A stretch of 34,484 nt of DNA, taken from contig NC_068983.1 of NCBI RefSeq assembly GCF_001194135.2, positions 166,203,250 to 166,237,733 of the forward strand. Reading direction: 5' to 3'. Below the pieces are notes generated by a model. It was not told the origin of the DNA and did no database searches. It worked only from the letters and a program-made list of their open reading frames with translations. Source of the stretch: Octopus bimaculoides. Lineage: Eukaryota. The stretch's first letter is position 1, and each line of letters starts with the position of its first letter. Both the position numbers and the translations under genes were made by a program. Below, in pieces: positions 1 through 10,024 of this stretch.

Positions 1-316
1 TATTCTCTCTCCTACACTGTCTTGCAACACGAAATACCTCGAGTCTTTGGTCCTCACGGCGCAGAACATTGGCAAATCTTTCCTTATCTGCTTCCCCTCT
101 GGCTAAATAAACCTGTCGCCTAGCCTCCCTTCTGGCACATTGGTACAATTCCCTGCTACCACCGTTCTTCCAGTCCTTCCAAGCCTGTTTCTTTTGTCTA
201 ATAGCCCTGTCTACCTCCTTTTCCACCACCACATTACTCTGGGTCGGGAGGGGACCTTACACCACCCACAAATCTGGTCGGTGGCTTTCAACAGGTTGTC
301 CCGCAGAAATCTCCAA
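1..316 (-). mobile_element. RTE-clade LINE ORF fragment (linker between APE endonuclease and RT), frameshifted, truncated by window start
   Basis: Minus-strand translation WRFLRDNLLKATDQICGWCKVPSRPRVMWWW / KEVDRAIRQKKQAWKDWKNGGSRELYQCARREARRQVYLARGEADKERFANVLRREDQRLEVFRVARQCRREN matches the WWW..EV..AI..KK.A.K.W motif of RTE LINE proteins; one frameshift after WWW. Confidence 0.85.
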
Positions 317-340
317 TCTATATTAATAATTGGCATAAGT

Positions 341-443
341 TACAGAGTGATTCAAAGGGCGAGAGTTTTGTGCAATGGCACTTATTAAAACATGCTTGAT
401 AAGTAGCAATGTAGGAAACCCTCAGCCCTTGAATCACTCTGTA
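341..443. mobile_element. ~100-bp fold-back MITE with Tc1/mariner-type ends (TA-CAGAGTGATTCAA...TTGAATCACTCTG-TA)
   Basis: 339-355 GTTACAGAGTGATTCAA is the perfect reverse complement of 429-445; pairing continues with bulges to a 7-nt loop near 389-395; TA dinucleotides at 341-342 and 442-443 fit a mariner target-site duplication. Confidence 0.65.
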
Positions 444-1384
444 ACCTTTTCCAAATAACGTACATACACACCTGGAATTCTATTTTCTAGCTTGTATCAC
501 CAAATCTGATTTTACATGTATATATATACATATATATATCAAATGGGTCATTAATCCATTGTTCACACTTATCTAATAAACCTTCCTTAAAATTTCTACA
601 TACATCAAGTACACATTTCTTAACTAAACTTTAATCTAATCCTTAAATGATGCAACTAATTTAATTCAATTTAACTGCAATAAACCTGAAATTGACCACA
701 GAGATGAGCAGTAATTTATTATATACATCCATTAGAATGACTTACTCCTCTTCTTCTTCATTTAGTTACTTTCAAATCTTTCCTCCCTATTAAGTCATCT
801 GTATCCTATTTCTCCATCACGGCCATTTTGTGATTATAATACTAAAAGTGTAATAGCGAATTCCTTTTTTCTCCATATTCACTGTACCAGCATACATTTA
901 ACTCTTTAGCATTTAAACCAGCAATATTTAGCCCAAATAATCTACCTTTTTTATGTTCAAACTGGCCAGATCTGATCTCTTACACCTACCCTACAATGTC
1001 ATTCTATAAACGAACAAACAAATCATCAAAATCTCAAAGCTACAAGATAAGGCATGATTAATTCAAAACAATGTGAATAAAGAAGCATTGCATTTGACAG
1101 AATAATCTGGATGCTGAAGTTAAACTTGATGAGATGCTGACCTATCAGGAGCTGTGGCATTGACAAGTTTATACTAAATCACAGAAGATAATTTGATGTG
1201 TTAGATATCTACAAACTCCATCTATTGAATCATCGTGATAGGGACACACAACTTTGATAGCATGCAACACCACCTCCATCACAGTATGTGTTTGTTGAAA
1301 AGTCTAAAAAATCTGCTATATTAACTTCAAGGTCCAACAAAGAACAGTGGCTGGTATTATCCGCACAGCACGAAGTAAGGTGAA

Positions 1385-1774
1385 TAAAATCAAAATAAGC
1401 AACAGGATGTCAAGTAGTAATGCAGTACGACTGTTTCAAGCGGCTCCATTCAATTGAACAATGCAATCATTACATCAATTAAAATGCAGTGCCATCTTCA
1501 GCTGCACAAATAAATAAATAGAATTTTAATCAGTAGTCTATTCTTAGCTACAATAGCAACAACATGACTTTCTTCCATCTTCTTGTTCTGTTAAAATATT
1601 TGAGAAAAATTATATTAATGTGTCCTACTTGTCAAAATTCCATTGATTTATTTGTGTAGCTGAAGATGGCACTGCATTTAAATTGATGTAGTGATTGCAT
1701 TGTTCAATTAAATGGAGTCACTTGAAATGGTTGTACTGCATCACTACTTGATATCCTGTTGCTTATTTTGATTT

Positions 1775-1776
<2 letters not shown>
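1385..1776. mobile_element. MITE-like element with ~150-bp inverted arms
   Basis: 1385-1510 is the reverse complement of 1651-1776 with about 11 mismatches in ~125 bp (counted by eye, mostly transitions); weaker pairing extends to ~1534/1626; spacer ~90 bp. Confidence 0.75.

Positions 1777-1778
<2 letters not shown>

Positions 1779-1822
<44 letters not shown>
1779..1822. repeat. (CA)n microsatellite
   Basis: Uninterrupted CA run of ~44 bp. Confidence 0.95.
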
Positions 1823-1831
<9 letters not shown>

Positions 1832-1837
1832 GCACAA

Positions 1838-1992
1838 GTGTGGCTGTGTGGTTGACAGGTTTGTGTCTCAACCACATGGTTTCAGGTCCAGTTCCACTGC
1901 ATGGCATATTGGGCAGGTGTCTTCTACTATAGCCCTGAACTGATCAAAGCCTTGTGAGATTTCATAGATGGAAACTGAAAGAAGCCCATCAC
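1838..1992 (+). mobile_element. tRNA-derived SINE, family C (CORE-like; TGGCTGTGTGG...GGCA.CTTGGGCA.GTGTCTTCTACTATAGCC...GGAAACTGAAAGAAGCCC)
   Basis: tRNA-like head with A-box/B-box-like motifs, CORE-like TTGGGCAGGTGTCTTC; homologous copies recur at 2150-2240, 6150-6300, 9760-9850, 17545-17660, 23340-23480, 26915-27050, 27240-27375, 34070-34125. Confidence 0.75.
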
Positions 1993-2029
1993 AAGTGTGT
2001 ATGCGTCACCTTGACTTAACATCATGTGA

Positions 2030-2130
2030 TAACAGGAAGGACACCCAGGAAGGACACCCAGCTATAGAAAATCTACCCCAGAAAGTCTGAACCAGTTAAG
2101 CATGGAAAAGTGAACATTAACACAATGATG
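2030..2130 (+). mobile_element. Degenerate family A repeat (RTE-type 3' tail) with internal 13-bp tandem duplication AGGAAGGACACCC
   Basis: Similarity to AGGAAGGGCATCCAGCT.TAGAAA...GCATGGAAA...GATGA consensus seen in better copies. Confidence 0.55.
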
Positions 2131-2335
2131 AAATTGTGTCTGTGTATTCAGGTGCAAGTATGGCTGTGTGATAAAGAAGTCTGCTTCACAACAACATGTT
2201 TCCAAGTTCTATCCCAGAGTATGACACCTTAGATAAGTGACTTCTCATTTGAAGTAAGGTTGACATCTTTGAGTATCAAACCCCTCATCCACACAGCAAT
2301 GCTTGAATGATTATGTATATTTATGATATCTATGA

Positions 2336-2488
2336 ACTCTCGGAGTGGTTGGCGTTAGGAAGGGCATCCAGCTATAGAAACCATGCCAAATCAGACTGGA
2401 GTCTGGTGCAGCCTCTCAGCTTACCGGCCCTGGTCAAACCACCCAACCCATGCCAGTATGGACAACAGATGTCAAATTATGATGATGA
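2336..2488 (+). mobile_element. Family A repeat: RTE-type 3' end / SINE tail ending in (GAT)n
   Basis: GTGGTTGGCGTTAGGAAGGGCATCCAGCTATAGAAACCATGCCAAATCAGACTGGAG...CCCATGCCAGTATGGA...GATGATGA; closely related to 33154-33296. The AGGAAGGGCATCC.GC motif recalls RTE (Rex3/Expander-type) 3' UTRs. Confidence 0.85.
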
Positions 2489-3109
2489 ACATAGTACAAA
2501 CACTGAAAATATGAGGCCATTGTTTTAGGTTTTGAGTTCATAGGAAGTGACCACATAAATGTGGGTGTTGTGAAGGCAAAAGAAACTGAATTATTTTGAG
2601 GTGCCTAGACATAGTCGAAGAACATTAACTGAAAGCAGAAAAAGTGTAATGAAGAGTAAACCATGCATTAGAGAACAAGTTGACCCACAGAGTATTGTTG
2701 ATTGGCACTATTTGTAATCGAACTAACAGACTAAATGTGTGCAGAAGGTAAAAGGAAAATACTTCCAAGACAGAATCCATTCATTCACAAGAGGAGGATC
2801 ATTTGAACATAATTAGAGAGTGTTCTCCATTGGCAATCATTAACATATCGATTATTTATCTTCTTTTTCCTCTATGATCAGAAATGTTTTAGCTGTAACC
2901 ATCCATCTGTTCTTTAGATATCAGTCAATTTAGGATTCCATTATCTTATACATCTTTCCTTTCAAGATAGCTGGATGTAATACAAAAGAAATTATACTGT
3001 TATTTTCAGCTAGTCAAGCAACTAAGAAAAGGCTCCTATGTACCATCACCAAGTGTGTCTTTAAGATTCTTTTTGGAAAGTTAAATCTTCAATTTCTCCT
3101 AATTATGTC

Positions 3110-3334
3110 TTAACCCTTTTGATACCAACATGTCCAAGGCTACTTCAGGTTCTATAACAACTTCTCTGTTTTTAAACTAACCTCAAAACATTTCATTAAA
3201 ATTTCATGTTAATTTGCATTCTAAACACCAGCTTAATAATGACAAAATTATTTAATTAAATTCTTTATGATTTTCAAAATTAACTGAAATAAAAACTGTG
3301 TATTTCAACAGAAATATGGTAAGCAAAGGGTTAG
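3110..3334 (+). mobile_element. piggyBac-type MITE copy 1
   Basis: TTAA (3110-3113) + CCCTTT start; AAAGGG + TTAG (3331-3334) end; internal sequence shared with 16089-16312 and 29523-29748 (GTGTATTTCAACAGAAATAT). Confidence 0.7.
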
Positions 3335-4099
3335 AAGAGACATTGCCATACCACACACCCCAAGAGAAGAGAAGCCTTTCTAGAATAATGCTTTCGTTTT
3401 TTTAAACACAGAATCTTTTCTTACAGGGGAGAAGGATGCTTCCGCTGCTGTTGTTGTTCATGCAACTCTTAGATGCCTATGTGCTTCAAATACAGTACTT
3501 ACTGACCATAGAGGGATGAAAGCATCATTTATATACAGAACTGTGAGGCACGCCTTGCAGATTAAAGTTTTTTTCTTCCCCACATAGTGATGGATACAGA
3601 ATATTTGAGGAGTGGGGAAACAAATGAAGGAATGTTGCTGCCTTTCACAAGGGTGACTAATTTTTGTTTTTTTGTTTTTTTCATAATGGGAGTAGGAAGT
3701 GGAATGAAAATTGGGTCATAGGAAGTCTCTGTGGAATTCCCTCCTACCTATGTGGAATATAGATGTTCAAGCTGAACATCCACTGCATCAGCTTTCAAAG
3801 TGATGGGCAGCCTCTTTTCTCATCTAATTAAATTATAAAACAAACAAAAAACAAGACAAAATACCCCTAAGTTTGCAGAGGAGCTACCATTTTGGTATCT
3901 TGGCTCCAGCATGGGGTTTCAATGTTGATTTATGGGAAACCAAAGCCCAAATAATACATTTTAAAACATTTAGTTAAACATTTCTATTGTTTTTCTAACT
4001 TGCTATGTAAGTCAATGTGTTTATTCATGATGGTGGTGATGGAGATGATGATGGCAGCAGAAGCAGCAATAGTAATGATGATGATGATGATGATGATGA

Positions 4100-5090
4100 T
4101 AATGGTTTCAAAATTTGGCACAAGGCCCGCAATTTTGGAGGAGGGGATCAGTTGATTAGGCAAAATGAAATGTGTCTAAATTAGAAACAATTATTTTTAA
4201 GTGGTGGGGGAGGAGGTGAGTTGATTAAGTGAAGCCAAATACTTGACTGGCCCTATATTTTATCATCCTCGAAAAGATGGCAGTTGACTTCAGCAGGAAT
4301 TTGAACTCAGACTATAGAGAGCTAGAACAAATACTACAAGGTATTTTTTCAATGGCAGTTCTGTAGTTCACCTTATAATGATAATAATCCTTTCTACTGT
4401 AGGCACAAGGCCTGCAAATAGGGGAAGGGGGGGATAAGTCAGTTACCGCAACCCCAGTGTTCAACTGGTACTTATTCTATCGGCCCTGAAAAGATGAAAG
4501 ACACAGTTGACCACAGTGGAATTTGAACTTGGAACATGAAGACAGATGAAGTCCTGCAAAGCATTTTGTCTTGTATGCTAATGATTCTGCCAGCTCACCT
4601 GAATAATAGTAAGAATGATTTCTAATTTTGGTACAGGGCCTGCAGTTTCTGAGGGGAGGGGCAAGTCAATTACATTGATCCCAGAACTTGACTGGTACCT
4701 ATTTTATCAACCCCAAAGTAATGAAAAACAAAACTGGTCTTGGTGGAACTGAAACTCACAACATAAAGTATGATGAGATGCCACAAAGTATTTTGTCCCA
4801 TCTGCTAATGGTTCTGCCAGATTACCTTAATAATAATAATAATAATGTTTTTTTCAGAGACAACAAGGGTACAACATTGTAGCAAAAATTATTTGAGTGA
4901 ATCACAGTATATAACTGGTACTTATTTTAGGCAAATTTTAATTCCAATCCAAGAATGATTTATTTTGATGCATGATCATAAATACATAGGAAATGGGTAT
5001 AATCAAGTCAATTGAAACAAGAGTATTACTGGTACATTTTCAACCTCCATCAGGACAAACAGGATGAAAGGCAGAATTTGACTAACTTGT
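4100..5090 (-). mobile_element. Cluster of family B SINE copies (Meta-domain-like), including three abutting near-full-length copies at ~4200-4375, ~4376-4600, ~4602-4828
   Basis: Each repeats the reverse complement of GG.GAGCTGGCAGAA...GAGTTCAAATTCC...CTTTCATC.TTTC.GGG..GATAAA.TAAGTACCAG...GGCCTTGTGCC...(ATT)n, as seen in the plus-strand copy at 18069-18293. Confidence 0.75.
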
Positions 5091-6149
5091 AATTAATAAA
5101 TTTCTACTCTGTGTATCCTGAGCTTTTTACTGTAAAAAAAAAACCCAAAAAAACTCAAACAACAACGAACATTATGTAAAGCAATTCGAGCAAAGAGATA
5201 TGAACGGCCGCTAATAAATCCAGCTGATGTGAGAAGGTACTGAAGAAAGTAGGGGAAAAACAAATCTCTGCAGTACATCTCAATGTTTTCTTATACATTT
5301 TATAGTTCTGACGAAAACATCAGCAGACAGGTATCACAAGCTGAGGCACCATTGAAGACGGCACACGGTAGACTAGATATCAGAGGTGGGATGAATAAAC
5401 AGAGAGGAGCAATTAGGTACACGCACATTAGTCATCACAACCTTCACTGTGTAAATGGGAGTCTTAGTTATACAAGCCTAATGTGAGCACATGCATGGAT
5501 CTGTGCTATTCATAGGTCAATGGAGAGAGAAAGTATCACAAAACAGTACGATAATGTTGGGGGAACAGAACATAACCAACTTGTAAAATTCTGTGTGGGG
5601 AAAAAAAAAAATGATTTAACACGAAGTTATAAAAATAAATAACATAAAAGGTTATGTTAGACTTTATCTCAATTTTTATAAATGGTTCTTAGATGAAGTC
5701 AATGAGCAACTTCACTTTTAACCTTCTCAGTACCAAAACTTCTTTAAATTGTTCAAGAAAACAGATGTTGTGACCATAAATCTTGAGACTTGGCATTAAT
5801 AATTTCCCGTATAGTTTTCTGGTAGATAAACTGCTTGGTGCAACTGGCTAGTTCTGGGTTTCAAAACAAATAAAAGGAGAAGCAACAAAGATAATGATGA
5901 AATTATTTTGGGGACAATTTTTTTTCAAACAAGCTTTTTATTTTACTAGTGGATTAAAAGAAAAGCAGACTTTGGTGGAACATAGAGACTTAAGTCTATC
6001 ACAAGCCCTAGGACAATCTTACAATCATGGGTGCAACACCCTAACCATTATGCCATGTGCCTTCACAGAACATAGAAAAACCTAAAACAATAAATAATAA
6101 CAATAATAATAGAGGAAAGTATTTATTCATTCCGTAGTAACCCTGTTTC

Positions 6150-6300
6150 TGTCACTGCAGTGTGGATGAATGCTTAAAAAGTTCCCTATGTAATTAGAGG
6201 ATTTGATTCCGCTGACACCTTGAGAAAATGTCTTCTACTACAGCCTCAAGTCAAGCCAAGCTTTGTGAATGATATTGGATCGATGGAAACTGCATGGAAT
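6150..6300 (+). mobile_element. Degenerate family C SINE
   Basis: TGTCTTCTACTACAGCC...AAGCTTTGTGAATG...GATGGAAACTG matches family C. Confidence 0.6.
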
Positions 6301-6669
6301 TTTTTTTGATTACCTATACCTATAATTCAAAGAATCAGTCAGGCCACACACTGCTACAAGATACAAGTGTCTGTAGAGAGCAGAGTAGACAGCTCAAACT
6401 ACTAAAATACTCATTAAAGCCAAAATGAAACCCATTCTTCTAACAATGAAGATTTACCTTATAGTTGCTTCAAGTGGCAGGATAATTGACTTGACTATCG
6501 ATGACATGAAGTTCATTATCATACTGAGATTAAACTTTTCTGTGCCAGTTTTGCTTCTTTTATATCAAGCTGCAATCAATAAAGCATGGAGCAATTATAT
6601 TTGTTTGGGAGTCAATCTGTTATATTTCTTATAAGACCTCACAAAGAAATTATTCCTAACAAAGAAATA

Positions 6670-6772
6670 ATCATTTCAGAAAGATTCTCAGTCCTCAAAG
6701 CGATCAGATCCTGTTGAATGGTCCAATCCATGCCAACTTGGAACTTGGACATTAAATGATGATGATGATGAT
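6670..6772 (+). mobile_element. Family A 3' tail fragment
   Basis: CCAATCCATGCCAACTTGGAA..TGGACATTAAATGATGATGATGAT. Confidence 0.6.
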
Positions 6773-8139
6773 CTTTGAAGCCTATATCTTCTAAAAATGT
6801 CATCGATAAGAAGATGCAACAATTTTTGTAAAGACTGGCGCTTGACATGTTTCTCACGTCAGCTGCTGGAGGTTTTAATGTCTACGAAATGGCTGCACAG
6901 AAATCACTGTTCTATGACTGAGTGCAACCACTTCTTGAAAAAAAGACAAGAATCACAAACCACACTCTAATAAGACAATGCTGTTTCTTTCGATCATGTA
7001 AAAAATATATTGGAATCAGAAACAACTCTATATTCACTATTTGTAATTACAAACCAAAATATGGATGCAATAATGAGGAAATAGACACAGAACATGTCTG
7101 ATAATAACAACATGGTGGCTGTAAAGATAACAGGTGATCAATTCCAGTGCATGTTCTGTTTGTAATTTGGCAGTATTATACAAACAATAACTCCACAAAC
7201 GACTGCATCAACTTGATCAAAGCAACAGAGTTATGACCACATCATATTCTACAATCCATTGCAATGAAATAACAACATAATCTATATTTTTTTTAGAACA
7301 ACTATTTCTCCTGAAACCAGCTATAAAATAGACACAAAGTTCTAAACATACTTAATGCCATGTTGTTTATTCATCATCATCATCATCATCATTATTATTA
7401 TTATTATTATTAGTGTTAGCAACATCAGGAGACCCGTTGAAGAGAGCAGAATGCAACCTTCAAGCTGAGGCAAATGGTACAATATTCACAAATTAGATCC
7501 CCTCCCAGAACATAAAAGTGATATTTATTGCACACATATCTTCATATTTAATGTGTCGGTATGCAGAGGGAACAGGATGCGACAAGATTAATGACTGACT
7601 AGTTTCAGTTGCTTACAGAGCTTGATGTTTAATTATGGGTTCAATTGCATTAAGTGGATAAGTGGAAAATTACTCCTTACTGTCAATCTATCTCAGGTGT
7701 GGGCACATTTAGAATGGGGATCCCACCTCCTTTTTAAAACTGTTTTATGATGGTGTCCTAGTATGACCACATTCCATTGACAGGAATCAGTAAAGTACTA
7801 AAAGAGTACCCACTCTGAAGCCAAGTACCCACTTATCACATCTATATTAACTTAGACATGAGCTCAAAAGACATAGCACTGCTCTGAGTTTGAACTCATG
7901 ACCCATTTACACATGAATATGTGAGTAGATATTTACCCCTGCTTCTCAACCATAAATATTCCTGAATAAACATGATTGTCCATTCATTAAGCCATAGATG
8001 TTACAGAATATGTATCAACAGTTGATGTCTGTGACTTTTTCTCTCTCTTTCATCTTCAAACTCTGCCAGAGTCAACATAACTTTTCTTGTAATTCAAAAG
8101 TTTATGATCAAGTATCGAGAATATACGATACTTAAGTAC

Positions 8140-8293
8140 CTGTAATGTATTATAATTATCTGTAATTTATTATGATTAGATATTTGTAATACATTATAAT
8201 TAATTCTTTGTAATACATTACAATTAATTATCTGTAATACCTTATAATTAATCATCTATATCATAATTAAGTATCAGTAATATATCATAATTA
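8140..8293. repeat. Degenerate AT-rich minisatellite, ~22-23 bp unit (TGTAATACATTATAATTAAT...)
   Basis: TGTAAT recurs at ~8141, 8161, 8185, 8209 and 8234 with similar following sequence. Confidence 0.6.
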
Positions 8294-8454
8294 GCAAACC
8301 CGTGTCGTCAAAAATTCTGACAGTTTTATTAATGATAGGAAATGGCACATCAAAACAATGAGAGAAACCATTGATAATTGTCAGCAACCTAGTAAATATA
8401 TGTACATACACAGAATCGAAGAAGCATTTGAACAATCAGATATGGTTGTAGCGT

Positions 8455-8680
8455 GAAATTATCATCATCCATGTAATGAATATTTCCATGAACCATCCAC
8501 TTTTCCATGTTCCCATGAATCAGACAGATTTTGCATGGCTGGATGCCTCGCTGTCGTTGACCCTCACCTATTATCAAGTAAGTAATAATTCACCATGCTC
8601 AGACAGGTTTACATGGAAGATTGGAGACAAGGAACATGTCTTGCAAGGCAGTGATGCTTGCTTGCAACTATTGCTGATAT
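8455..8680 (-). mobile_element. Family A repeat, diverged
   Basis: ATCATCATC...CACTTTTCCATG...GGCTGGATGCC is the reverse complement of the family A consensus. Confidence 0.65.
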
Positions 8681-8782
8681 CAAGGCAAGGAGACAGTAAA
8701 ACAAAGACACGCACACACATATATACTCACATAGAGATATATACACACATGTATGTGTGTGTATATATATATATATATATAT

Positions 8783-9435
8783 GGCAAACGAAAGATGGAA
8801 TATACGAAAATTTATTATTAGTCACAATTGTTTTGACACATCTAGCATTGATTCATCTTGGGTGGGACACTCAACAACTCGTTCAGGAGCATCCGGCAGT
8901 GCAGATGTATCTCGTCGGGTGATAAATAATATAATGTATTAAATATATTACAATATAAGGGGCCTGTTAGCAATTCAAACCTAAAGGCAAATTAATAAAC
9001 AAGGGTACAAAAATAGTTCCAGTATTGTTAGAAATAAGAGTCAAAAGTGACTCGATCGCTACATAAAGCATTAACCTCATGAAATTGATGAAAAGCAAGG
9101 GAGCAAGTAAAAGCACCTTTCTACGATAAGATAAACTCACAAAATGAAGTAAACAGAGATATCCATATCAAGTGATTTCAAACGCTGATAATGATCTTAG
9201 TTCTCAAGGGTGGATCTAGCCAATACTCGGCGTTAAAAAGGTAGCTCACCTTGGGCAACTCATGAGAAAACTGTTCAAAACTTGCGCTGATTCAAAAATG
9301 GTCAAAGTGTATAGTATAGATAAAATAATATAATCTATTAAATACATTATAATATAGGTGGCCCATTAGCAATTAAAATCTAAAGTCAAATTAATAGACA
9401 AGGGTACAAAAATAGTACCAGCGTTGCTAGAAATA
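8783..9435 (-). mobile_element. Non-autonomous Penelope-like element with ~117-bp direct repeats (8920-9036 and 9319-9435)
   Basis: Direct repeats ~85% identical by eye, ~400 bp apart; the minus-strand terminal segment ...AAAACAATTGTGACTAATAATAAATTTTCGTATATTCC... resembles a PLE pseudo-LTR end; flanked by (TA)n/(CA)n. No RT or GIY-YIG ORF seen, so the class is inferred. Confidence 0.45.
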
Positions 9436-9505
9436 TAGACACACACACACACATATATATATAAACGCATACATATGTATATAAGCATGGTGTGTGTGTG
9501 TGAGA

Positions 9506-9548
<43 letters not shown>

Positions 9549-9569
9549 TATATGTGTGTGTGTGAGCAT

Positions 9570-9715
9570 GTGCTGGTGGTGCGTAAAAGCACCTTTCAAG
9601 CAGTGGGCCTCACAGTAGCAAGGACCAAGACCATTTGGCATTATGCCATGCTTAAGAAGAAGGCTGACCCTTTGAAATACAGGTACAACTCATTTTTGCC
9701 AGCTGAGTGGACTGA
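9570..9715 (+). mobile_element. SINE fragment with Deu/Nin-like central motif
   Basis: GTGCTGGTGGTGCGTAAAAGCACC...GGTACAACTCATTTTTGCCAGCTGAGTGGACTG, embedded in compound microsatellite. Confidence 0.45.
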
Positions 9716-10024
9716 CATACCTACCTACATACATACACACATATAAACATACACATATATGGTGGTTTTCCTCCAGTTTCTGTCTACCAAATCTATTCAC
9801 GAGGTTTTGGTCAGCCCTGGGCTACAGTAGAAACCACCTACCCAAGATGCTTATCTGCATGTGTGTGTGTGTGTGTACATACATTTATACACACACACAC
9901 TTCTATGTATATCACTCATATATGCTCATGCATATTCATATATACATCTACAAATGTGCATATATTTACAAGTATGTGTGCATGCACATGTCTGTTTATT
10001 TAGATTGATGAAATCAGTGTCATC

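Noticed and set aside
140-388. 82-aa plus-strand ORF
   Set aside because: It is the antisense shadow of the minus-strand RTE fragment.
3427-3542. Plus-strand exon-like segment (EKDASAAVVVHATLRC... or GEGCFRCCCCSCNS*)
   Set aside because: The acceptor is good but the cysteine/valine run comes from a (TGT/GCT)n micro-repeat, and there is no recognisable homology or chaining partner.
5740-6571. Minus-strand acceptor-like sites at ~6571 (LDIKEAKLAQKSLISV*) and ~5853 (LASCTKQFIYQKTIREII...)
   Set aside because: The phases do not chain convincingly, and the T-rich strand generates many spurious acceptors; no family recognised.
8476-8922. Longest ORF in the track (148 aa)
   Set aside because: It runs through a family A repeat, (TA)/(CA) microsatellite and the Penelope-like tail; no coherent protein.
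9366-9746. YIYI, THTH and VCVC-rich ORFs
   Set aside because: These are translations of a compound dinucleotide microsatellite; the same applies to 1704-1907, 31976-32250 and 33927-34369.
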